The notes under the pieces: model-generated | Seen by the model: only the letters and a program-made list of their open reading frames with translations | The model's database searches: none | Told to the model about the DNA's origin: nothing | Part shown: piece after piece, positions 27,501-39,479 of the stretch | Layout: every line of letters starts with the position of its first letter | Position numbering within the stretch: the stretch's first letter is position 1 | Made by a program: the position numbers and the translations under genes | Source of the DNA: Chiloscyllium plagiosum | Lineage: Eukaryota | NCBI RefSeq assembly: GCF_004010195.1 | Contig: NC_057757.1 | Location: forward strand, 7,404,942 to 7,468,941 | DNA: 64,000 bases | Direction of reading: 5' to 3'

Positions 27501-28734
27501 CCATGAGTACATGGCAGAAGTACTGTATGCCAATGTTTCCATATTTTGGAAGTCAATAGCAATATGAGGAAGAAACAGGAAAGCAACAATATAGCAGTAG
27601 AAGTAGGTTATTCAGTAACTTGATCCTATTCTAGCATTCAATGATATCTTGGCTGACTTGTTCCTCATGTTCAGCTGCATTGGTTCTGGGTCTGTATCCT
27701 TAAATATCCTGCTCTAGCAAAAAATCCACCAATCTCAGATTTCACATCATTCAATCATTGAAGTCGTAATCACCATTTTATGTGATGGAGCCTTCTCCAG
27801 CTATCGAACACCCTTCCAGTGAAAAACATAATTTTAGGCTTCTCTCCCGGATGGCCCAGCTTTAATCCTAAGGTAACTTTCCTTTGCGATGGACCTGGAT
27901 TTCCTGCACTCTCCTATCCCACGTGGGACAGGAGCATCCATACAGGAACCGCTCAGTAATATGACGAGTGTAAGGATACATTAGAGGAAGACCCAGCCAG
28001 TGAGGCTGAGACTCTCCAAGGTTACATCAATAGTTCCAAGATTTCAAAGTTCCATATCTGAAATTTTAGAATTTTTATATCGCTGATGGCCGTGAGACCA
28101 TTTTACATGCTGAGCCTGAAGATGCAATACAGCAGCTAACTGGAAGCAGAATAATGGGCATGAGTTCATCTGCAGGACTGACAATGTCAAAGTAACATTA
28201 ACAAAAGAGGTAAGATTCAAATACATGGCAATGGCTGTCAAATGTCTAACACATCAACAAGCCATTGGTTCTTATTTTTAAATATGTTATTCGGTAAGTG
28301 GTATTCAACAATGAAATAGTGGCATTCAATGCCTGTCAATCCTGATTTGATGTTCCCATTTATCTTCTTAATGAATGACAATGGTATTTGTAACTCCACA
28401 TGCCCTCTACTCTGTAGAGGCTCCTCTGACTGTAATGAATGTATGGGTATAGTCAAAAAGGGAAATGAATTGCACTTACAATTGTCTTTGTGCTTCTCAA
28501 GCTACTTCAACTGCAGATCGACACTTGGTGTTTAGCTCTCTAATGTCTTTGGAGATTGATCAATCATCACTAAAGAGAAAATTGTGCAAATGTCAGGGAT
28601 CTGAAATAAAGACATAAAATGACAGTCTTGCATGAGTGGATCAGTCAACGAAAGACAGAGAAATTAGATGTAGATCCTTTTGTTCCAGGTTATAACAGGA
28701 GCAAGGCTCTGCTGCCAGCTAACGTCCAACACAA

Positions 28735-28770
<36 letters not shown>

Positions 28771-29332
28771 CAGCTCAGGCGGTACCTCATTCCTGACAGT
28801 CCTCCCTAAATATATTTGTCTGAATCTTCTTTATCTGGCCCGGTCTTCTTCTTTGGTCGTGTGGTAGTGCCCACTGATTTGCCACTTGCCCACATCTGGG
28901 AGATGATAGGTCTGCCTTGACGTCGACGCTGCTGAATCTCTGCAGCACTTCCTCGTTGGTGAAGCTGTCACAGCACAGGAACCACACAGAAAAGAGAAAA
29001 GCATGTGTTAATCTGAGCTGTCACCGTAGGAAAAGTGACATCAAATTTGTTAAAACAAAGTGAAGGACAGTACAGAAAGATGTCGTTGGGAATGATCCCT
29101 CGTAAGTGTCTTTTTTTTTCAGAAGATACCTCAGCGTCAGAGTAAAAGAGTAATGTTTATGTGGAAATGAGCCTTTGTTTTTATGTCTGTGTTCAGAGCT
29201 TTCTAACTGTTTCCAACATGCATGTAGATTTGTTTGATTTTTCTTCTTTCCATAATAAATTTTTGTTCTCTTGCTAAATAATATCTGCAACCTCACACAA
29301 ATGTTTCAGCGACTAACCACCAAATTAACCAA
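24516..29332 (-). pseudogene. Decayed multi-exon protein-coding gene of unknown identity
   Basis: AG/GT-bounded, phase-compatible segments 29297-29332, 28786-28964, 28480-28569, 27895-28057, 27369-27438, 26282-26403; acceptor at 25762; further segment 24516-24697; scattered in-frame stops. Confidence 0.6.
24996..25288 (+). mobile_element. HE1-type SINE
   Basis: Same consensus as 9704-10012. Confidence 0.9.
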
Positions 29333-29602
29333 CTGCAAAGGTTAACACACCACGTATCACCCCAGTTTCCATTCTAGGATCTGACATGCCTAATATGGTT
29401 ACCAGTTGAGATCATAGGACAAGGACACTTGATATATGGGAACACCATTGCTTACAAATGCTCTTCTAACCCACATCCTATTCAGACGAGGAGCTATCTT
29501 GCAGTTCATTCACTATCACCAAGTCCAAATCGTGTGTAACTCTTCCTAACAGCACTATGGATGTAGCTACACTCTGGACTGCAGTGGTTCAAGAATGCAG
29601 CT

Positions 29603-32600
29603 CAGTAGGCTCGAGGCACTGACGACTGAACCCCTCCTTCTTCAAGGATAGCAAGCTATTGAATTCTTTTCAACTGAGTTCAGGGCTTTTTTAGATATTA
29701 ATTCAGGCTCGGCCAGTAGCCCATCTATCCTTTGAGAAACAACTAAAGCCTATGCTAGGGGGTTGGTTATTTCCTATTCAGCTAGTAAGAAGCGATGGAC
29801 GGGTGAACAGCAACGCTTGCTCGAGATGCGTCTGAAAGTAGCTGAAAAGGCATATTTTGACAGGCCCTCACTGGTTAAACCGCAGGGGATCACAGGACTT
29901 TGGGCGATGCTGAAATTCGTGATCACACAGACATCCAAGAGGGAATTAACATTTGCAAGTCAAAGTCTGTTGGAGCTCGGAGATAAGCCAGGCAAGTACC
30001 TCGCATACATTGCTAGGAAAAAGAGTGTTCCTCCAACTCCCCCCACACCCCCCCCCCACCCCACCCAGACCATTACCTCGATCAGAGAGGACACTGGAAA
30101 TTTGACCCACGATTCTAAAAGGATTAATGTAGCATTCTGGAAATTTTATTCTGAATTATACCAATTTGAAAGATGTGATTGTGGGTGGGTTAGGATAGAC
30201 TGCATTTTTTAAAAGAATTTGGACTTTCCGGGAATGACCCCCGAACAAAAGTCTCTCCTCAATGCCCCATTGTCAGAGCAAGAGGTGCAGGAGGCCGTGA
30301 GGGAGCTCCAGGCTGGAAAGGCGCTGGGTCCTCACGAGCTTCCCAATAAGTTCTATAAGGTATATTGTCAGGGCCGATGCTTAGTATGTTTAATGACCCA
30401 CATAGTCGTGGCCTCCTCCCACCATGTCTAAGAGAGAGACGAACATCCCTATCATTCTTAAAAAAGGGAATGCCCCAGAGGACTGTGCTTCCTGTGGACC
30501 CATTTCACTCCTGAATGTCGACTTCAAAATCCTATCCAAGACGCGGGCATTAAGGCTAGAAACTGTACTGCCCTCCATCATTAAGGAGGACCAGATGGGG
30601 TTCATAAAAGGTCACAACTAGACAGATAATGCCAGGAGATTACTTAACATGACCTAAGTATGTCAACATTGCAGGGATTGGTGATCTCCTTCGAGGTGGT
30701 AAAGGCATTTGACAGGGTTGAGTGGCCACATCTTTTTCATACTTTGAAGTGGTTTGGCCTGGGAGGGACCTTCATCAGGTGGGTGGAGGTTTTGTGTAGT
30801 GATCCTCTTGCTGCAGTCCTCACAAATGGTGTAAGATCAAGCAATTGTAATATTTGGAGGTGCAGTCGACAGGGCTGTCCCTTGTCACCATTTTCACATT
30901 GGTGATTGAACCGCTGGTGGAGGGAATATGCAAGGACCCCAATATAGCCATTCCAAGATGTGGGGATGAAGTCACATAAGATCGCACTGTATGCGGATGA
31001 CGTTCTTGCCTTTTTCTCAAACCCAGCAGTCTCAGTGCCACACCTGATACAATGCATGAATCTATTTTGTGCCTTCTTGGGTTATAAGATCAATTTTGCA
31101 AAGTCAGAGGCCATGCCCATGGGTGGTCTCCCGAGAGTGCCTGATCCTGAGGGCGGATCTTGATTCCCTTTTAGATGGTGACAGGAGGGCTTTCTCTACT
31201 TAGGTGTATTTATTATTGCCATTTTTGATCCGCTATTTAAAGACAATTTACAATCTCTTCATTAGGTCAGATAGCCCTCATTAAAATGAACATTCTGCCC
31301 CGTTGTATCCTATTTGATTAGATTAGATTAGATTACAGTGTGGAAACAGGCCCTTCGGCCCAACAAGTCCACACCGACCCGCCGAAGCGAAACCCACCCA
31401 TACCCCTACATTTACCCCTTACCTAATACGGGCAATTTAGTATGGCCAATTCACCTAACCTGCACATCTTTGGACTGTGGGAGGAAACCGGTGCAAACTC
31501 CACACAGTCAGTCGCCTGAGGCGGGAATTGAACCCGGGTCTCTGGCGCTGTGAGGCAGCAGTGCTAACCACTGTGCCACCATGCCGCCCACCATTTGAAT
31601 GCACCCTCTGCTTTTTACTAAGAAAATATTTAGAAGACTGAGCAACTGGTTTAGTTCTTTTATTTGATATCACAAGTGGTCCCTAATTAAATCGACTAAA
31701 TTGCAGCTACCTTACAGACTACGAGGAGCAGGCCTCCAAGATATTAAAACTATCAGTTATGCTTGTTGCTGTCTTACTTGAATGATTGGGCCGGGAAAAG
31801 GGTGGGGGGGAGGGGGGAATGCTGCTCACTCACTTTGGCTGCACATTGAAGCACCTCAGGTGAGATGCCCCCTTATTAGCCTGCTGTTCATAGACAAAAT
31901 GAGAACAGCTCACGAATATTGCCATAGCCCAATGGTTATTAGTACTGTCAAGGCGTGGAGGGCAATGGGTCAGGGTGAGGGCAATATTATCAAAACATCA
32001 TTTTTGACACCCACAAATGGTATGCCAGGCTTTAAACTATGGGCATCTAGGGGCATGTGTTGTTTGAGTGATTTATTCCAAAGAGGACATACTGATGTCC
32101 TTTGACCAGTTGGTCGGGAATATGAATTGCCCAGTAGGGACCTCTTTCCTTTCTTTCAAATTAGAAACTTCATACAAAAAGGGACTACACTTCTAACTGA
32201 TCCTTATAGGTCTGACATGGAGCAGAGAGTGTTGAGTGCTGAGGAATCATTATCTGTTAGCAACGCTTACTATCTATTGGGAGAGGGTCCCTTTGACGAG
32301 ACTGAAGGACTCCGTAAGGTATGGGAGAGGGAGTTGGATGTTGAGATCTCTTCTGAAATATGGGGGTTATCTGGAAAATGCAAGAAGAATCTCAGTTTGC
32401 AACAGGACCCACACCTTGCAACTGAAGATTCAACGCCGGGTCCACCTAGTCCCAGACTGCCTTGCTAATTTTAAATTGGGAGCATCTCCAAGGTGCCCAA
32501 AATGTAAACTGAGCATGGGGACGCTTACTCAATATCTTTGGTCCTGCCACAGACTGTGGACATACTGGAACGCTGTGGTAGGCGAAAGAGCGAAGGCCTT

Positions 32601-33222
32601 GAGGGCGGAGATGGAGATGGACCTGGTATCTCTTCTGCTTGGCTTTGTTAATTCACATTCGTTAGATGCACACACAACAAAAGGCTTTTCAGTAGCCTCA
32701 CTTTTTTGTGCCAGAAAGAACATTCTTTTAGGGTGGGTGTCAAAACTTCCTCCAGGGCGGGCAGTCAGGTGTAAGCTAGTCATGGAGCACATACTCTTGG
32801 GCTTTCTGATGAGTATGGTGCACCATCAAACTGAGAATTTCTCTAAGACATGGCAGACCTTTTTGGACTACAGGGGTACAGAGTAGTCTGCCAATACCAA
32901 TAAGAGCTTTTATATAGCCATGGCAATTCTATGTAATGAATCTGGTATCCAGAGGGGAGGAACTACGAACATATGAATATGTATGAACGTATGCACTCGA
33001 TGAGCAAGGGCTATTGTTTTGTTTTGCTGAGCTGTGTTATGGTTATTATCATTATTATTATTGTTAAGACTTTTATTTTTTAGCTTAGTTATTACTTGAT
33101 ATTTATTTATGTAATTAGCAGGTTTGTTTTTTAATGTTAGTGTGAACTAATATTAGTTTTGTGTTTGTTGTAATATTGAAAAGAAAAAAAATCATTTTTT
33201 AAATAGAAATACATTTTAAAAA
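29603..33222 (+). mobile_element. 5'-truncated L1/Tx1-type LINE (ORF2 remnant, 3' UTR, A-rich tail)
   Basis: PISLLNVDFKILSK, KAFDRVEW, RQGCPLSP, LYADDVL, C-terminal CPKC knuckle; TSD AAGAAYGCAGCT at 29591-29602 and 33223-33234. Confidence 0.9.
31314..31589 (-). mobile_element. HE1-type SINE nested in the L1-type LINE (internal deletion)
   Basis: Reverse complement of the consensus; (GATTA)n tail. Confidence 0.9.
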
Positions 33223-33309
33223 AAGAACGCAGCTTACGAGCACCTTTTCAAAAACAATGAGGGATGAGCAAGAAATGCTGGAGCAACTCACAATGATAAT
33301 TTCCAATTA

Positions 33310-34460
33310 AAAAATAAGCTTTAAAAATCTCCTCCTCATACTTTAGATGTGTAGTTATTAATCCTTTCATATAAGTTCATTGGAATTTCTTTTCTGTATC
33401 TGTCTGATCTCAACCAGTCCCGATCTTGTACACCTCGACCAAATCTGTACCCAACTTCCTTTGCTCTGAGCAGAACAAGCTCAGCTTCTCCAACCTTGTT
33501 GCTGAATCCCTCATTGCTGAAATCATTCTGATAAAGCTCCCTCTGCACCATCTCAAAGACCCTCAAAACTCAATTTGAAGTCATACCAGCGCATAAATTC
33601 CATGTTTTGTATTCCATACCTCTTTTTAGAAAAGTCTATGACTTCACATACTTTGCTAACTACTCTCTCTCTCTCTCTCTCTGTTCTGTCCTCTTCAACA
33701 TTCTACACACATGAAGCTCCAGGTCCCTCTGTATCTGCCATGCTTTAGAATTGTGCCTCTAATTCTACCTTACCTCTCCTTATCTCTTCTTCCAAAATGC
33801 ATCATCGCACACTTCTCTACATTAAATTCCATCTGCCACTTGTCTGCCCATTATACTTGCTAACTGTGTCCTCATGCAGCCAATTATTATCAACCTCACT
33901 GCATACCATTGCTCCATGTTTGGCATCATCGACAAATTTTCAAATGTTATGCTGCTCTCCAATATTTAAGTCCTTTATATGTTTCAAAAATGCCAGTGGA
34001 TCTAACATGGGCTACTGTAGAACATCTCTACCCTCTCTCAGCCTGAAATAAAAATCGACAAATGTGCCACTCTCTGTCTTTCAGCCATTTACTTTAAACA
34101 ACTGACTCTCCTAATCCGTGAGCCACAATGAACAAAGGCCAGTTTATAAAAGATCTGGAGGATTCAGGAAAAGACAGGGAAGAAAGTCTGGAAGTGGAAA
34201 AGTGCAGTTATAGCATCACAAACCACAGAAACAGACCCTTTGATCCAACTCATTCATGTCGATCATGTCTGATAAAATAAACTAGTCCCCTTTATCAGCA
34301 TTTGGCGCATATCCCTCCAAACCCTTTCTATTCGCATATCCATCCAGATGCCTTTTAAATGTTGTTATGATACTGGCCTCCACCACTTCCTCTGGCAACT
34401 TGTTACTATACACGCACCACCCTCTGTGTGAAAACGTCGCCCCTTAGGTCCCTTTTATAT
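33310..34460 (-). mobile_element. Old CR1 fragments
   Basis: CR1 ORF2 C-terminal and tail similarity. Confidence 0.6.
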
Positions 34461-34552
34461 ATATCCCCCCCCTCTCATTTGTGGATTGCTTTGGGAAAGG
34501 AAGAAAAAGAATCAAACCCACAAAATAAGTTACTTTTTAAACATCCTACCCA

Positions 34553-35614
34553 AAGTTTGTGAGAAGATTTGTAGCTCGGGTGCTCGTTATTGTGGTTCCG
34601 TTCGCCGAGCTGGGAATTTGTGTTGCAGACGTTTCGTCCCCTGTCCCCTGAGGTGACATCCTCAGTGCTTGGGAGCCTCCTGTGAGGCTCTGGGTCAGAT
34701 ATGTGAATGACACCTTTGTAATCATTAAAAACACAGAAATAGGGATCACACACTCCGCATCATCAACGCCACACTCACAGGAATCCGATTCACTAGAGAG
34801 GAAGAAAAGGACAACCAACTCCCATTCCTAGACGTGATGGTACAGAGACCACCTAACGGAGAATTCACCACAAAGGTACACAGGAAAGCCACACACACAG
34901 ACCAAGTCCTGAACTATGAAAGCAACCACCCCAATACACACAAACGAAGCTGCATCAAGACACTATCAAAAGGGCCACAACACACTGCAACACACCAGGA
35001 CTGCAAAAAGAGGAAGAAGAACACCTATACAATGTATTCGCCAAAAACGGATACCCCCCGCAATTTCATCAACAGATGCCTAAGGGAAAGACAACNNNNN
35101 NNNNNNNNNNNNNNNNNNNNNNNNNNNNNNNNNNNNNNNNNNNNNNNNNNNNNNNNNNNNNNNNNNNNNNNNNNNNNNNNNNNNNNNNNNNNNNNNNNNN
35201 NNNNNNNNNNNNNNNNNNNNNNNTCCACATCCATGAACACCAACTAGCCACGAAACGACACGACCAGCTATCCTTAGTAGCCACACACTCAGGTGACAAG
35301 CAACGTGAGTTTGACTGGGACAACACTACTATTATAGGACAAGCCAAACAGAGAACAGCCAGGGAATTCCTAGAGGCATGGCACTCATCCACAGATTCAA
35401 TCAATAAGCACATCGACTTGGACCCAATATACCGGCCACTGCAGCGGACAGCTGGAACTGACAACCGGAAGCGGCAGAGACAAACCACTATAAATGCTGG
35501 AGGAAACATCACAGAAGCGCTTCACAGGAGGCTCCCAAGCACTGAGGATGTCACCTAGACAGGGGACGAAACGTCTGCAACACAAATTCCCAGCTTGGCG
35601 AACAGAACCACAAC
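34553..35614 (+). mobile_element. Penelope-like element (Poseidon-type) with inverted terminal segment
   Basis: LPFLDV and HRKATHT RT thumb; GIY-YIG C-terminus REFLEAWH; 34555-34685 is an inverted copy of the 3' end; 13-bp TSD AACATCCTACCCA. Confidence 0.85.
35096..35223. other. Assembly gap (128 N)
   Basis: Run of N. Confidence 1.
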
Positions 35615-38245
35615 AACATCCTACCCATTTAACAGATTCACTTTGACAAATGTGCATTATGATTTGATTAGTTTTTGCCAATGTGAGGAGATTGATGTCA
35701 CTATGCTGGACTTTGTGTGGAACAAAATATTGAGAAAATATCGTAAAGGTGCAGAAAATACTAGCAGGCCATTAATGGCATAGTTAATTCAGATGTATTT
35801 ACCTCAGATTCACTGTTATTGGTGTTAACAAGTTATTACGGTTTCAGATCTGTCAACCTTTGTCCTTGTTTCTTCCTGAAGAGGTTAGCAAAGTCATCTT
35901 CCAGTGGTATCCTTTCAGTTTTTAAAGGAAAAATGTCATTTTGCATTTGTTTATCATTCCGCTTTTAAAATCATTGAATCATAGCACCCCGTGGTGTAGA
36001 AACAGGCCAATCAGCCCATTGAGCACACATTGACACTCTGAAGAGCATCTCACGCAGATCCACCCCCTTCCTCCGTATTCCTGCAATGCTACATATCCCC
36101 CTAGCCAATCCACCTAATCTGCACAGAGGCTGGTGCATGAGTGGAAATGATCTGACAGCAGAATTGGCAGAGACAGGTGCAACCACAACATTTAAAAGAC
36201 ATTTGGACAGGTACGTGAATGGGAAAGGTTGAGAGGAGTATGGGAGAAAGTGAGGACTGCAGATGCTGGAGATCAGAGTCGAAAGGCGTGGCGCTCGAAA
36301 AGCACAGCAGCATCCGAGGAGAAGGAGAGTCAACGTTTCGGGCAGAAGCCCTTTATCAGAAATGTTGGGTGTGAAGGGAGAGGAATGAAGGGGGCTGAGA
36401 GATAAATTGGAGGTGGAGGTGGGAGTGTGGGTGAGGAATCTGGAAAGGTGACAGGTAGGCGTAGCTGGGGAGTGATGTTGATATGTTGGAGGGCAGGGTG
36501 GAGCATATAGGTGGGAAGGAAGATGGACATGTAGGACACTTCAAGAGGGCAGTGCTGAGTTGCAGGTTTGGATCTGGGGTGAGGTGGAGGGAGGGGAGAT
36601 GAGGAAACTGCTGAAATTGACAATGATGCCATGTGGTTGAAAGATCCCAAGGCAGAAGACAAGGTATTCTTCCTCCAGGTGTTTGGTGGCTTGGATTTGG
36701 GGTGGAGGAGGCCCAGGACTTCCATGTGCTTGGCAGAGTGGGAGGGGGAGTTGAAGCAGTCAGCCACAGCGCAGTCGGGTTATTTGGTGCATGTGCCCCA
36801 GAGATATTCTGTGAAATAATCTGAGAGTTGGCGTCCCGTCTCTGCAATGTCGAGGAGACCACACCGAGAGCAAGGGACACAGTAGATGAGGTGGCTGGAT
36901 GTGCAGGAAAATCTCTGTAGCATGTGGAAGGAACCTATGTGGCTTTGGATGGAGGCGAGGGGGAAGTTGTGGGCACATGTTTTACACCTCTTGCTGCGGC
37001 AAGGGAAGGTGCCAGGATTGGGGGGGGGGGGCAAGGGGGAGGGGGGTGCATGAACCTAACGCAGGAGTCACAGAGGGAATTCTCTCTACAGAATGTTGGT
37101 GAGCATGGGGAGGGAAACATATCTCTGGTGGTGGGGTCTGCTTGTAGGTGGTAGAAATGTAGGAGGATCATGCACTGCATCCAGAGATTCGTTCGATGGA
37201 AGGTGAGGACCAGGACAGTGCTATCCTTGTTGTGGTTGGAGGGGTGGGATTCAATGGCGGAGATGCAAGACGTCGATGAGATTCCCTACAGGGAATTGCT
37301 AATCAAGTGGGAGGGGTATTTGCAGTGTTTGAAAGAGGAGGTCATCTGGGATGTCCTGGAGTGAAATTGTTCCTCCTGGGAACAGATACGATGGAGGCAG
37401 AGGAATTGGGAGTAAGGGAATGACATTTTTACAGGAGAGGGTGTGGGAGGACGTGAAGTCCTGGTAGCTGGGGGAGTCGGTGGACTTGATGTAGATGCCT
37501 GTGCTGAGTTGATTGCCGGAGATTGAGATGAAAAGGTCCAGAAGGGGACGGAAGCATCCGAGATTGTGCAGGTGATCTTAAGGTCAGTGTGGAAGGTGCT
37601 CGTGAAATTGATGAACTGTTCAACCTCCTCGTGGGAGCACGAGGTGGCACTGATACAGTCACCAATGTAGTGAAGGAAAATGCGGGGAATGCCAATGTAA
37701 TTAAAGAAGATGGAATGTTCCAATTATCCAACGAAGAGCCAGTCAGAGCTCGGGCCCTTTGGTTTGGAGGAAATCGAAGGATTTGAACGAGAAGTTGTTG
37801 AGGGTGAGGACCATTTCCACCAATCAAATGAGTTTGTCAGTGGAGGGGTACTGGTTTGGGTCTGCAGGAGAGGAAGTAATGGAGGGCTTAGAGGCCTTTG
37901 TCATAGTGGATGGACATGTAGAGTGACTGGATGTCCATGGCACTGAATGAGGCATTCACAGCAGGGAAAACAGACATCATGGAGGAGGTGGAGGGTGTGG
38001 GCGGTGTCCTGAATGTATTTGGAGCATTCCTGGACCAAGGGGGAAAGAATGGTGTGAAGATGTTAGGAGATACGTTCGGTAGGACAGGAGCAGGTGGAGA
38101 CGATGGGTCGATCAGGACAGTAGGGTTTGTGGATTTTTAGTTAGAGATAGAACTAGACGGTGCGGGATTCCTGGACTATTAGGTCGGAGGCTGTGGATAG
38201 GAAATCCCCTGAGGTGATGATGTTGTGGATGGTCTGGGAGATGAT

Positions 38246-38564
38246 TACATTTACATTACATTACATTACAGCGTGGAAACAGGCCCTTCGGCCCAATAAG
38301 TCCACACCGACCCGCCGAAGCGCAACCCACCCATGCCCCCACATTTACTCCTTACCTAACACTACGGGCAATTGAGCATGGCCAATTCACCTGACCTGCA
38401 CATCTTTGGACTGTGGGAGGAAACCGGAGCACCCAGAGAAAACCCACGCAGACACGGGGAGAATGTACAAACTCCACACATGTCAGTCGCCTGAGGTGGG
38501 AATTGAACCCGGGTCTCAGGCGCTGTGAGGCAGCAGTGCTAACCACTGTGCCACCATGTCGCCC
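38246..38564 (-). mobile_element. HE1-type SINE nested in a Penelope element
   Basis: Reverse complement of the consensus; (TTACA)n tail. Confidence 0.9.
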
Positions 38565-38595
38565 ATAAGAAAGTAGTGGATTTCAACGGGTACAA

Positions 38596-38649
38596 CGCTG
38601 TGAGCAGAATTTGAACCTGCGTGGGGAATCCCCCATTGGATTTCGAATC
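38596..38649 (-). pseudogene. tRNA-Ser(CGA) 3' fragment
   Basis: GATTCGAAATCCAATGGGGGATTCCCCACGCAGGTTCAAATTCTGCTCACAGCG resembles the vertebrate tRNA-Ser-CGA anticodon loop, long variable arm, T arm and acceptor strand. Confidence 0.85.
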
Positions 38650-38771
38650 TTGATGATGCTTTAGTGATGCTTTAGTGATGAGAGGTGATGTAGTGGTCGA
38701 GGGAGCGGTAGAAGGATGTCTCCATGAGATGGCGCCTGGCTTCAGCGATGTAGAGTTTAGTGCACCAAACT

Positions 38772-39479
38772 ACCATGAATGTAACTGCAAACCAAACCAA
38801 AACCACTGTGGCGGCTGACCCCAGGATGGAAAAAAAGACTACACACAGGAGTAATTGTCACAAACGAATGTGGTAAATACATTGGAACAGCGATCCACAA
38901 TATGACATCAAATACAACAACAAGGGGATCAGCCACTGCTATTCCAATCAAGTAATGAGTTACACACTTGGAGAGAACGCACTTTTGGCGGGACAGGATC
39001 ATAATTGCCACCAAATTAACTGTGAGGGAAGGGCGTGAAATAGAAGGTAATATTTACAGATCAAGTCCAGTTTCAAAGAACAATGTGACAGAACCTAGGC
39101 CCAATTTGCAGGTTTACTGTTTCATGACAGGTGTAAATTGAATAATTAAGTGCTATCCTACAAATATATGTATGAAACACAGTTTACAACAGCATATTTT
39201 GGAATCCAAAGAACAAATGAATAAAATATGCCAACAAGGCTTATAGGTCATCATCAATGGTAAAATTAGTTCGCTACAAGAGTGAATGAGCAGATCTAAT
39301 AGCAACATTTAAATTCTAGGAGAGGTTGTTATTGAATCTATATAGTGGTAAATAATAAACATTAAGCAACGTAATTCGCACCATCAGGAATACTTAAAAT
39401 ATGAATTGCCAGGAACATTAATGGCAGAAAAAAGAGGAAAATAAATATCTTCTACCAGCCATACAACTGGATTTGCTAT
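38772..39479 (-). pseudogene. GPR139-like GPCR pseudogene, closest to gene 2 (exon 1 39410-39479; exon 2 remnant 38772-39019)
   Basis: ATA in place of ATG; GC in place of GT donor; +1 frameshift in a T7 run near 38830; truncated in TM3 by a Penelope element; intron aligns with the gene 2 intron. Confidence 0.9.

Larger units (their letters stand above)
36243..38775 (-). mobile_element. Penelope-like element (Neptune-type RT plus GIY-YIG), degenerate
   Basis: LHYIGDCI (YIDD-like); FPCRSKRCKTC...LIYCVPCSRCGLLDIAET; terminal repeat with hammerhead core at about 36330-36360. Confidence 0.85.
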
